Shown: positions 15,949-24,014 of the stretch, one piece after another
How the letters are laid out: each line of letters opens with the position of its first letter
Numbering within the stretch: position 1 is the stretch's first letter
From: Thermofilum adornatum
GTDB lineage: Archaea; Thermoproteota; Thermoprotei; Thermofilales; Thermofilaceae
Assembly: GCF_000446015.1 (NCBI RefSeq)
Contig: NC_022093.1
Location: 90,001-122,000, forward strand
Length of the DNA: 32,000 bases
Direction of reading: 5' to 3'
The notes under the pieces: generated by a model
Databases searched by the model: none
The model's input: the letters and a program-made list of their open reading frames with translations, nothing else
What the model was told of the DNA's origin: nothing
Translations under genes and position numbers: made by a program

Positions 15949-17361
15949 ATGAGGGAAAATCTAGATTCAAAGATAAGGAGGGTTTTTGGACCTGTAGCAA
16001 TAAACAAGAAGATATCAAACAATGCCTCGATTGCCAGAATACCTAGATTTATCTCAGAGTACCTGATAAGCTATAAGTGCGGGGACAAACAGGACGCCTC
16101 CTGTATCTCTAGTCTCTCTAGATACATAGCCGAGCTTTATCCTGAACCTTCTCAGCGCGACCTATTCCTAAGCAAGCTTAAGGAAGACGGCCAGCTCAAG
16201 CTGTTAGACGAATTTAAAGTCAGGGTCGACTTGAAAAACAACGCATACATACTGGAGATCCCATCGCTACAGATTTTCGACGCGTATGTAAACGATGAAA
16301 TTGTCAAGAAAAACGAGAGGATATTCTCTGGCCTATGGGGGATAGGCCTCCTCTATTATTCTCCTGACGCCTTGAAGACTAAGAGAAGCATGACACCCAT
16401 CGTTTTGGAGGATTTCAGGCCGTTCCAGGCTTCCTATGTTGACTTGAATCTCTTCCGTGAGGGGAGGCGTTATTTTAGTCTTGAAGAATGGAGAGACCTG
16501 CTCGTGACAAGCATAGGGCTTAACCCAGAAGCATATTCACCACTCCAGAAAACATTGCTCCTGTTTAGGCTCGTCCCAGCAATTGAGACAAACGTAAACC
16601 TTTTGGAGCTCGGACCGAGGGCTACTGGGAAGACGTCGCTCTACAGAAACACAGTCTACTATGCGAGGATCTATGCAGGGGGCACAATTACTCCTGCCCG
16701 CTTGTTTTTCGATGCTAGGCTCTCTATCCCAGGAGACCTGGCTCTCCATGACATACTTGTCTTCGACGAGATAAGCAAGGTGAAGCTTCAAAACCCAGAC
16801 GAGCTTGCGTCCAAGCTGAAGGACTACATGGTCGACGGCTTCTTTGAAAGAGGAGCACTGAAAAGAGCACACAGCACATGTTCACTTGTCTTCGTAGGCA
16901 ACATAGACATGGAAAAAGTCCAGGACGTGGGATCCGTACTAAGCTACCTACCAGGCTTTATGCATGACTCTGCCTTCCTCGACAGGATACATGGGTTTAT
17001 CCCTGGCTGGGAGCTTCCAAAAATAATGAAGAGCGAGGTTTCCCTAGCTTCTGGCTATGGGCTGGCCTCCGACTATTTGGCAGAGGTTCTACACAGATTT
17101 AGGTCTGAGTCTGCCGAGGGAGTCGTAAACGAGCACTTTGAACTCATTGGCAACTATACGATACGTGACGAGAAAGCCGTGAAAAAATTGTTGTCAGGAA
17201 TGATTAAGCTATTCTTCCCAAATTATGAATTTGACAATAGGGAACTTGCAGAACTAGCTACGCTTGCCACAGATCTACGAAACAGGGTTGCAAGGCTCCT
17301 CACAAGGATGTCTCCCCAAGAGTTTCCTGAAAAAGAGTTAGGTATTAGGGTTAGGGGCTAA
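15949..17361 (+). CDS. BrxL-like AAA+ ATPase lacking the C-terminal Lon-like domain (TIGR02688-type)
   Basis: Walker A LELGPRATGKTSLY (residues 220-232), Walker B DILVFDEIS. The blocks LKDYMVDGFFERG, CSLVFVGNID, DSAFLDRIHGFIPGWELPKI, YGLASDYLAEVL and RDEKAVKKLLSGMIKL are collinear with the ATPase half of BREX BrxL as I remember it. The protein ends at 470 aa, and the next gene is convergent. Confidence 0.8.
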   Translation: MRENLDSKIRRVFGPVAINKKISNNASIARIPRFISEYLISYKCGDKQDASCISSLSRYIAELYPEPSQRDLFLSKLKEDGQLKLLDEFKVRVDLKNNAYILEIPSLQIFDAYVNDEIVKKNERIFSGLWGIGLLYYSPDALKTKRSMTPIVLEDFRPFQASYVDLNLFREGRRYFSLEEWRDLLVTSIGLNPEAYSPLQKTLLLFRLVPAIETNVNLLELGPRATGKTSLYRNTVYYARIYAGGTITPARLFFDARLSIPGDLALHDILVFDEISKVKLQNPDELASKLKDYMVDGFFERGALKRAHSTCSLVFVGNIDMEKVQDVGSVLSYLPGFMHDSAFLDRIHGFIPGWELPKIMKSEVSLASGYGLASDYLAEVLHRFRSESAEGVVNEHFELIGNYTIRDEKAVKKLLSGMIKLFFPNYEFDNRELAELATLATDLRNRVARLLTRMSPQEFPEKELGIRVRG

Positions 17362-17413
17362 GCTCCTTGAATGTGTTTGGTAGCGCGAGCTACTTTAATG
17401 CTTGGTTGCTAGG

Positions 17414-17428
17414 AAAAAAAAGAAAAAA
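17414..17428 (-). terminator. Oligo-T terminator of the dsrE-tusA-sqr-DUF1641 operon
   Basis: The minus strand reads TTTTTTCTTTTTTTT immediately after the TAA stop (17429-17431) of the DUF1641 gene. This is typical of archaeal intrinsic termination. A GTAGC-GCGA-GCTAC hairpin lies nearby at 17380-17393. Confidence 0.5.
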
Positions 17429-17830
17429 TTATTTTGTTTTGGTTTTTCCTATCGCTTTCAGAAGCTCCACCATTAAGCCGAGACCCTTCTGGACGTCTGG
17501 GTCCGACATTGCACGCATAAGGCCGGTAATGCCAACTGGTTTAGGTTCACGGGATAGAGCCTCTAGTGCGGCCTTTATGACGGGCATGTTTCCTTTTATG
17601 GCTTCAACGTCTATTGAGCCTGCAAGATCTAGGAGGTCGTCTATGTGGTCTAATAGTTTAAGTGTGCCCGGAGTCATTAAGAGCTCGGACAGTCTCCCAA
17701 TGAATTCTGGGTCGAGTAGGTCTCGTATGGTGTCTAGCAGGCCTAGCTCGTTCATTTTAACGAGCATGTCTAGGAATTTTTCTAGCGCCTCTCTCCTTTC
17801 CTTGGTCAATATTGTTTCCACCTTTACCAC
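17429..17830 (-). CDS. DUF1641 domain protein (SQR/FAD-oxidoreductase-associated)
   Basis: This is a 133-aa helical acidic protein (LGLLDTIRDLLDPEFIGRLSELL...LLDHIDDLLDLAGSID). It overlaps the upstream oxidoreductase gene by 7 bp. DUF1641 genes are commonly paired with this oxidoreductase class. Confidence 0.6.
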   Translation of the reverse strand: MVKVETILTKERREALEKFLDMLVKMNELGLLDTIRDLLDPEFIGRLSELLMTPGTLKLLDHIDDLLDLAGSIDVEAIKGNMPVIKAALEALSREPKPVGITGLMRAMSDPDVQKGLGLMVELLKAIGKTKTK

Positions 17831-19005
17831 CCTTCACCTTTTCTAATCATCTCGTCTGTTGCCTCAAAATATGCCTTAAATACTGGGCTCCAGAACTCTG
17901 GATACCTAATTGCACTCCAGTACGTGGCAACAAAGAGATCCTCCATTAGCCTCTTGAATTTGGAAAAGCGTACAGGGATCGGCGGATGGTCATAATCGCT
18001 TATAACGAATAGCCCTTTCCCGTCAGTTATTAGGGGACAATTTGTCCTGCCACTGTACCTAGCATCGATGCCCTGGAGCCTTGCAGCTACAACCTCTGCC
18101 TGTAGGTGTGCTGTTACTCCGCTCTTAGAGGTTGGCGCGTTTGTGCAGTCTCCAATGGCGAATGCGTCGTCGAAGCCTTCTACCTTGCTTGTGTATTTGT
18201 CTATTTTTATGTAGCCGTTTCCATCCTTGACGCTTTCAGGAGTAACCATGTAGCTGGGACCCCTATGGGGCGGTATAACTGTTGCAACATCAAAGGAGAG
18301 CTCTTCGCCCTCAAGGCTTATTATCTTCTTGTTGTCTAGATCAATCTCGTTGGCTGTAAAGAAGGTATGTAGCTCGATTCCCCTCGCATTGAGCTCGGGC
18401 TCAATAATGTCGGCAATCGTTTTGGATGGATACGCGTGTGGCACGGGAACAGCTAGGACAACTTTCACCTTGTTGCTTAGGCCCCTCTTTGAAAATAGCT
18501 CCCAAGAAAGAAATGTTCCCTTGTGGGGTCCCGGGGGACACTTGTAGATTGGGTCAGCAACAGCAATAACGAATCTGCCTGAATTCATTCCCAAGAGCGT
18601 CTTGTAGAGTTTCTCAGCATTTTCAGGTGAAGAATAAAAGTCTCCATAGGTTTCTAAAAGCTTCCTATGCCCAGGCAGGGCATCGTAGTCCAGCTCTGCC
18701 CCAGTTGCGAAAACAACGTAGTCGTAGCCTAGCTGCTTCCCATTTTTCGTCTTCACAGACCTGTTCTGCAAATCTACCTCTACAACCTCGTCCTGGACAA
18801 AATCTACATGAGGCTTCAGAAGCTCTCTCAATGGCCTTAGAAACTTTTCCTTTTTGACACCTTTGAACGCTATCCATAGATTCCCAGGCTGAAAGAAATG
18901 TAGAGGACTCTTGTCAACAACTGTCACTTGGAACTCTTCACGTGGCAAGAGGTTTGCGAGGATTGCTCCGCCTCCTCCGCCACCTAGAATAACAACTTTT
19001 TTCAT
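17824..19005 (-). CDS. sqr: Sulfide:quinone oxidoreductase (FAD-dependent pyridine nucleotide-disulfide oxidoreductase family)
   Basis: N-terminal FAD fold KKVVILGGGGGGAILANLL. Both SQR redox-cysteine contexts are present: IYKCPPGPHKG (compare IKC-GAP-K) and AFAIGDCTNAPTSKSGVTA (compare GDCTNLPTSKTAAA of eukaryotic SQOR). Confidence 0.8.
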   Translation of the reverse strand: MKKVVILGGGGGGAILANLLPREEFQVTVVDKSPLHFFQPGNLWIAFKGVKKEKFLRPLRELLKPHVDFVQDEVVEVDLQNRSVKTKNGKQLGYDYVVFATGAELDYDALPGHRKLLETYGDFYSSPENAEKLYKTLLGMNSGRFVIAVADPIYKCPPGPHKGTFLSWELFSKRGLSNKVKVVLAVPVPHAYPSKTIADIIEPELNARGIELHTFFTANEIDLDNKKIISLEGEELSFDVATVIPPHRGPSYMVTPESVKDGNGYIKIDKYTSKVEGFDDAFAIGDCTNAPTSKSGVTAHLQAEVVAARLQGIDARYSGRTNCPLITDGKGLFVISDYDHPPIPVRFSKFKRLMEDLFVATYWSAIRYPEFWSPVFKAYFEATDEMIRKGEGW

Positions 19006-19029
19006 ACAAAAACACCAAACACAAAAAAA

Positions 19030-19263
19030 TTACTTTTTAGCTACGACCTTTATTTTGGCAGTTATTACTCCTCCTTCCTTCTTCAGCTCCAGCAACTCGT
19101 TCTTCGTTCTCTCTATCCATGCCTTTACATCTGGCTCGAAGCCGGGGTCAGTCGCCATCACTATTATGACGTCTCCATTGTTTGCGTTCCTATATGCCCT
19201 TGTCAACGCTGAGATGGGTCCTGGGCAGGCCATTCCTCTAGCGTCAACAGTTATTTCTGGCAT
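19030..19263 (-). CDS. tusA: TusA/SirA-family sulfur carrier protein
   Basis: The protein is 77 aa. The motif DARGMACPGPI contains the conserved CPxP active-site cysteine. Confidence 0.85.
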   Translation of the reverse strand: MPEITVDARGMACPGPISALTRAYRNANNGDVIIVMATDPGFEPDVKAWIERTKNELLELKKEGGVITAKIKVVAKK

Positions 19264-19276
19264 GTCTATGGACCCT

Positions 19277-19684
19277 TTAGATGAATATTACTTCGTATTC
19301 CGCTGTCTCTTTCATGAAGAAAGTTGCTCCCACAATGTCGTCCACGATTGGGTCGAGGTGTTCTTTCTTTATACCCAGCATCTCAGCCATTAGGCTACAG
19401 ACGTAAACTTTTACATCTCCTGTCTCCTTGGCCTCTTTAACCATGTCGTACCAGCTTGGTGCCTTTAGTTTTTCCATGCCTTGGAGCAGTGCGGGAACCA
19501 TGTCCTCAAATTCCTTTGGGAAACGTGGCTGGGGCTTGTTTTTGGTAAAGTAGGGTGTTGCAAAGCCTGTTACAAAGATCCTTACGGGGACACCTAGGTT
19601 TGCAGCTGTTTGTGTTAGTACTCCTAGTGGTATGAATTTGTCGGCGGTTCCTGAGAACATTATTATTGCTAATCCTTTTGTCAT
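19277..19684 (-). CDS. DsrE/DsrF-like (DrsE_2 / DsrE3-type) sulfur-transfer protein
   Basis: The protein is 135 aa. Family-typical blocks are LAIIMFSGTADKFIPLGVLTQTAANLGVPVRIFVTGFA and the conserved cysteine block VKVYVCSLMAEMLGIKKEHL. Confidence 0.75.
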   Translation of the reverse strand: MTKGLAIIMFSGTADKFIPLGVLTQTAANLGVPVRIFVTGFATPYFTKNKPQPRFPKEFEDMVPALLQGMEKLKAPSWYDMVKEAKETGDVKVYVCSLMAEMLGIKKEHLDPIVDDIVGATFFMKETAEYEVIFI

Positions 19685-19801
19685 GTTTGGTCGAGTTTAT
19701 ATCATGATATGGTAATATAAAAATCATTATGTAAAGTTTTATACTTAAATTTGTTTTAACTGGTTATTTAGAAATAAAAATGATAAAAAAACCTGCGAAC
19801 A

Positions 19802-20551
19802 CTACTCAACTATGCTCGAAACCTTGCTTTTAAATTCTATGAAGGCTTCGAGGATAAGCTTTGAGACAGCTTCAAAGTATTCTCGGGAGCCTTGGTCCTT
19901 GAATTCTGTCTCTCCCTCTTTCTCCGAATAATTGATGATCGTGCCGGGGGTTGGATATGCCCTGATGCCATTGGAGTAAACATATATGGACTTTGGGTCG
20001 TAGAGCTTCTTCTTGACAAGGTTTGGAAAGGTTGCAAGGATCATTGCTGTCTCGTCTGTTGCGGCGTGGCCGCCTTCTTTTCCAAGTATTTTCTGTGTTA
20101 GTCCTTTTTCCCTTGCTAGGGTCCACCAGTCTACGACCATGACTGCCATTCTGAGGTTAAGCCAGGCGTTCCTAGCGGCGTTTTCTAGTGCCTGTGTGTT
20201 TCCGCCGTGCCCGTTTAGTATTAGGGCGTATTTGAAGCCGTGCATTTTCATGCTTTCGAGTATCTGGTAGACGTATTGTTCCAGTGTTTCTGGTTTTATC
20301 CTAATCGAGCCTGTGTAGCCGTGAAGGCTTGTGGTTACGCCATAATAGATGGGGGGCAGAAGTATTGCTTTGAGTTTTTCTGCTATATATTCTCCCATCG
20401 CGATTGGGATCAGTGCATCTGTACCTAGGGGGAGGTGGGTGCCGTGCGGCTCTATTGTCCCTACGGGTAGAATGAAGGTGTCTATTCCTTCTTTTTTGAT
20501 GAATTCTTCTAGTTCCTTGTATGAGAACTCTTCAAGTTTGAATGGTGGCAT
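19802..20551 (-). CDS. Creatininase-family amidohydrolase
   Basis: The metal-site region ILPVGTIEPHGTHLPLGTD is present, together with ILNGHGGN and GGHAATDETA. Confidence 0.8.
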   Translation of the reverse strand: MPPFKLEEFSYKELEEFIKKEGIDTFILPVGTIEPHGTHLPLGTDALIPIAMGEYIAEKLKAILLPPIYYGVTTSLHGYTGSIRIKPETLEQYVYQILESMKMHGFKYALILNGHGGNTQALENAARNAWLNLRMAVMVVDWWTLAREKGLTQKILGKEGGHAATDETAMILATFPNLVKKKLYDPKSIYVYSNGIRAYPTPGTIINYSEKEGETEFKDQGSREYFEAVSKLILEAFIEFKSKVSSIVE

Positions 20552-20601
20552 TTTAATCAGTAATAATGTTGTGAAAGAAAGATAAATTGTTTTTCTGAAT
20601 T

Positions 20602-21684
20602 CTACTTGTATGGAAGGGCTATCACGTTGCGCCAGCTTACTCCGAGAGCTAGCTCTGAGCCTATTTCTGGATAGAAGTTGTTTGGGAGATATGCTATTAA
20701 GCTACTTTTTCCTACTTTGATTCTGACCTCTGTCCTGTCCCCAAGGAACATGGCAAAGTCGACCCTTCCCCTAACAATGTTGTCTTCCTGGCTGGATTGT
20801 TCAACCTTAAAAGACTCTGGCCTTATTACGAGTGCTACTTCTCCAGTAAGGTCTGGCTGTATAGGTGTAGCTTTTAGGTCGATGTCTAGGTCTTCAACTC
20901 TGACGACGAGGTAGCTGTCTTGCTTTTCAACTATTCTCCCGCGGAAGATGTTGCTCCTGCCTAGGAACTCTGCCGTAAAGAGGTTTGTGGGCCTAAAGTA
21001 TACTTCCCTAGGTGTCCCGTATTGGAGAACTTTTCCCTTGTCCATGATAGCTATCCTGTCGCTTATACTCATGGCTTCGAGCTGGTCATGAGTAACGTAT
21101 ACCGCAGTTATTCCCAGAGATTTCTGTATACGCTTGATTTCTTCCCTCATTTCTATCCTAAGCTTTGCATCAAGATTGCTGAGAGGCTCATCTAGCAACA
21201 ATACCTTTGGCTGTACGACGAGTGCACGTGCAAGAGCTACCCTTTGCTGTTGCCCACCGCTGAGCTGCAACGGGTACCTGTCTTCCATGCCCTCAAGCTT
21301 CACAAGGCGGAGCGCTTCCTTGACCCTTTTCTCTATCTCCTCGTCACTGAGCTTGAGCTGTTTCTTCCTTATTTTGAGACCATACGCGACGTTCTCGAAG
21401 ACAGTCATGTGGGGCCACAAGGCATAGTTCTGGAAAACCATGGCAGTGTTTCTCAGGTAGGGTTTTAGGAAAGTCACGTCTTCGTCGTCAAAGTAGATTT
21501 TTCCCTCGTCTGGAACCTCGAAGCCTGCAATCATCCTGAGGGTCGTAGTTTTTCCGCACCCGCTTGGGCCGAGAATTGTGAAGAGTTCGCCGTCCCTTAT
21601 CTCGAGAGAAACATTGTCGACTGCCTTTACTGCCCCATATGTTTTAGTTACTCCTTCTAGCCTTATCCTTGTCACGGGACCCAC
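20602..21684 (-). CDS. ABC transporter ATP-binding protein (FbpC/PotA-type with a C-terminal TOBE-like domain)
   Basis: Walker A GPSGCGKTT, signature LSGGQQQRVALARA, Walker B LLLDEPLS. The GTG start immediately follows the permease TAG stop. Confidence 0.95.
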   Translation of the reverse strand: MGPVTRIRLEGVTKTYGAVKAVDNVSLEIRDGELFTILGPSGCGKTTTLRMIAGFEVPDEGKIYFDDEDVTFLKPYLRNTAMVFQNYALWPHMTVFENVAYGLKIRKKQLKLSDEEIEKRVKEALRLVKLEGMEDRYPLQLSGGQQQRVALARALVVQPKVLLLDEPLSNLDAKLRIEMREEIKRIQKSLGITAVYVTHDQLEAMSISDRIAIMDKGKVLQYGTPREVYFRPTNLFTAEFLGRSNIFRGRIVEKQDSYLVVRVEDLDIDLKATPIQPDLTGEVALVIRPESFKVEQSSQEDNIVRGRVDFAMFLGDRTEVRIKVGKSSLIAYLPNNFYPEIGSELALGVSWRNVIALPYK

Positions 21685-23889
21685 CTATATTCCTATAAAC
21701 GCGTACCTCTGCTTAAAGACTCTTACCACTATCAATATTGCAACAAGCTGTATTAAAATTAATAGCACACCCATCGCCGCAGCTATCTGGACGCCAATGG
21801 GGGATCCTCCCTTATACACGTTCATCATGTAGTACGTCATGGGGGCCTGGGACGGATTAAAGTTGCCAATCGTTATACTTGTGCTGACCTCTGTAGCCAT
21901 GTATATGAAGCCGAGGACCGCGCCGCTGAACACGTACGAGATAATGAATGGCAAGACAACGCCGAAGATGACCTTAGACCTCGTTGCCCCAAGGTTAAGT
22001 GCCGCCTCCTCGAGTCCCTCGTGTACTTGCTGGAAACCGGCAAAAACACTTCTAACGACATATGGGAGCTTCCTTATGCTGTATGCGATCACAAGAACCA
22101 CCCATGCTTGGAACGCGCCTATGGATGCTGGGTCTAGCGGGGTCTTCGCGAAGAACCTCGTGAAGAAGAAATAGTAGCCTAGAGCTATAACTAGGCCCGG
22201 TATAGCTAGTGGTATCGTTGCAAGAGTGTCGAGCAAGTTTGACAACCATTTTACCTTTACCCTGCTCACGCTGTAGCCGACCATTATTGCTAGGAGAACT
22301 GCCGTTACAACTGATAAGGTGGCATAGATAAGGGTATTCCTGATATAATTGAAGATTCCTGGATCTAGAAACAGCTTCTCAAAGTAGTCTAAGCTGAGGG
22401 AAGAAAAGCTCAGCGAGAAGCCCCTGGGGGGCATAATGTTGAATGCTAACAGGAAGACGCCTATCTGTGGGAAAACCGTAACCAGAACAAATGGGAATAC
22501 AAGTAAATACACGGCAAGCAGGCCGAGCTTTCCAAGGGGACGTTGCCTGGAGACAAGCCTTCCTCCCCTACTAATCATAGCGTAGCTCCTCATTCCAACA
22601 TAGTTCCTTATCGCGAGGAAGCCCATGACGGCTATAAAAAGCATGACAAAGCCTAATGCCGCTGATTCGGGCGACACAATGCCTGTCTGTGTAATAAAGC
22701 CTTTGAAAATCTGTGCGCTCATAAGGTTCCATTCTTGGAAGATTAGCGGCGCGCCTACATCTTCTATGCTGAAGATGTATACAATGATGGCCCCCGCAAC
22801 TATGCCAGGCAACGCGAGTGGAAACGTGACTGTCCGGAAGAGGTAGAATCCTTTTGCGCCTAGGTTCTCGCCCTGTTCCTCTGTGCTTGGGTCAATGTTG
22901 AGGAAAGCGCTGTATGCATTCATGAATACGATAGGATAGAAGCTTATTATCTGGGCCAATGCTACACCTGCAAGGCCGTCTATCCTGATGCTCCAGCCGA
23001 ACAGTTTAGAGGTAATCATCGATACGGGCCCATACTCGCTGAAGAGAATCTTTACCACATAGGAATTCACAAATGGTGTTACGAAAAGGGGAATCATTGA
23101 GAGCAACCTTAAAAGCTCTTTTCCGGGGAAACTGTACCTCGCAATTATAAAGGCAACTATTATACCGAGAACAGTGGCACTTATCGTTACAACAAGAGAG
23201 TTTAACAAACTATTAAGGAGAATTCCATAGTTTACCCCCTTAATGATGTAGAGTACACTTTCCCCATAGGGAACAGCGGTTATTGCCTGTTCGCCTGGGA
23301 GAAGCTCTAGCCTCACATAGTCCCTAGACGAGAATATCCTTTGAAAGTTTGCATACCACGGCAAACCTGCAGGAGGCTGAAAGGCGCCTATCAGCACGAG
23401 AAGAATCGGGGTAACCAAGAAGGTAACAAGAATAAATGCACTTAGCAGTATAAAGAGCCACATTACTGGGTCAAGCTGATAAAGGACGCTTCTAAGCCTC
23501 CTAGAAAGCGGAACTGCCTTTGCCCTAACTCTTCTTGCTTCCCGCAGATTGGACAGCTTCTCGTATAGGTATCCAGTCGCAGAAGTTGATAGCAAGGGAA
23601 GCAGGAAAAAACCAAAAGCCTTCGGTATAGATGGGATATTTATAAGGAAAATGAAGAAGTTGTAGATGAAGGAAAAAATCGAAAGAAAGCTGAGCGTGGA
23701 ACTGAACTTGATCCACCTATAGTCGTACCCGAGGCGCAGAATTATAGGGCCTAAGAGAATACCTAGCAACAAAAGTAGGAGCGACGTAATTCCTTCAAGA
23801 GAAAAAATATAGAAGAATTCGTAGGTTAGCGCTAGAGCTATTCCCACGACCCATATCGAGTTGCGTCCCAGCCTCATTAGGAGCCCCAT
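21685..23889 (-). CDS. Fused double-domain ABC transporter permease (FbpB/ThiP-type) with an extra N-terminal membrane module
   Basis: This is a 734-aa polytopic protein. It has two permease halves, each with an EAA-loop-like segment (EEQGENLGAKGFYLFRTVTFPLA and LEEAALNLGATRSKVIFGVVLPF). About 140 additional N-terminal residues contain roughly 4 hydrophobic helices. Confidence 0.85.
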   Translation of the reverse strand: MGLLMRLGRNSIWVVGIALALTYEFFYIFSLEGITSLLLLLLGILLGPIILRLGYDYRWIKFSSTLSFLSIFSFIYNFFIFLINIPSIPKAFGFFLLPLLSTSATGYLYEKLSNLREARRVRAKAVPLSRRLRSVLYQLDPVMWLFILLSAFILVTFLVTPILLVLIGAFQPPAGLPWYANFQRIFSSRDYVRLELLPGEQAITAVPYGESVLYIIKGVNYGILLNSLLNSLVVTISATVLGIIVAFIIARYSFPGKELLRLLSMIPLFVTPFVNSYVVKILFSEYGPVSMITSKLFGWSIRIDGLAGVALAQIISFYPIVFMNAYSAFLNIDPSTEEQGENLGAKGFYLFRTVTFPLALPGIVAGAIIVYIFSIEDVGAPLIFQEWNLMSAQIFKGFITQTGIVSPESAALGFVMLFIAVMGFLAIRNYVGMRSYAMISRGGRLVSRQRPLGKLGLLAVYLLVFPFVLVTVFPQIGVFLLAFNIMPPRGFSLSFSSLSLDYFEKLFLDPGIFNYIRNTLIYATLSVVTAVLLAIMVGYSVSRVKVKWLSNLLDTLATIPLAIPGLVIALGYYFFFTRFFAKTPLDPASIGAFQAWVVLVIAYSIRKLPYVVRSVFAGFQQVHEGLEEAALNLGATRSKVIFGVVLPFIISYVFSGAVLGFIYMATEVSTSITIGNFNPSQAPMTYYMMNVYKGGSPIGVQIAAAMGVLLILIQLVAILIVVRVFKQRYAFIGI

Positions 23890-24014
23890 TTAAAGTTTAA
23901 TGCAATATTTTATTTTTAATTTTTTTCGGAAAATGAGTTAGGGTGTGAGAACCTCTGTTCCCAATACTTCCAAAAAGAAAGAATAGTTTTAAAATAAATA
24001 CATTAATGAGGGGC

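Noticed and set aside
15217-17361. Calling this locus a BREX system
   Set aside because: Only a BrxL-like ATPase is present. No PglX methyltransferase, PglZ phosphatase or BrxA/B/C is visible anywhere in the 32-kb window, so it cannot be annotated as BREX.
17367-17846. 159-aa plus-strand ORF opposite the DUF1641 gene
   Set aside because: The translation is Ser-rich and low in complexity. The minus-strand frame gives a recognisable DUF1641-like helical protein that overlaps the sqr gene in operon fashion.
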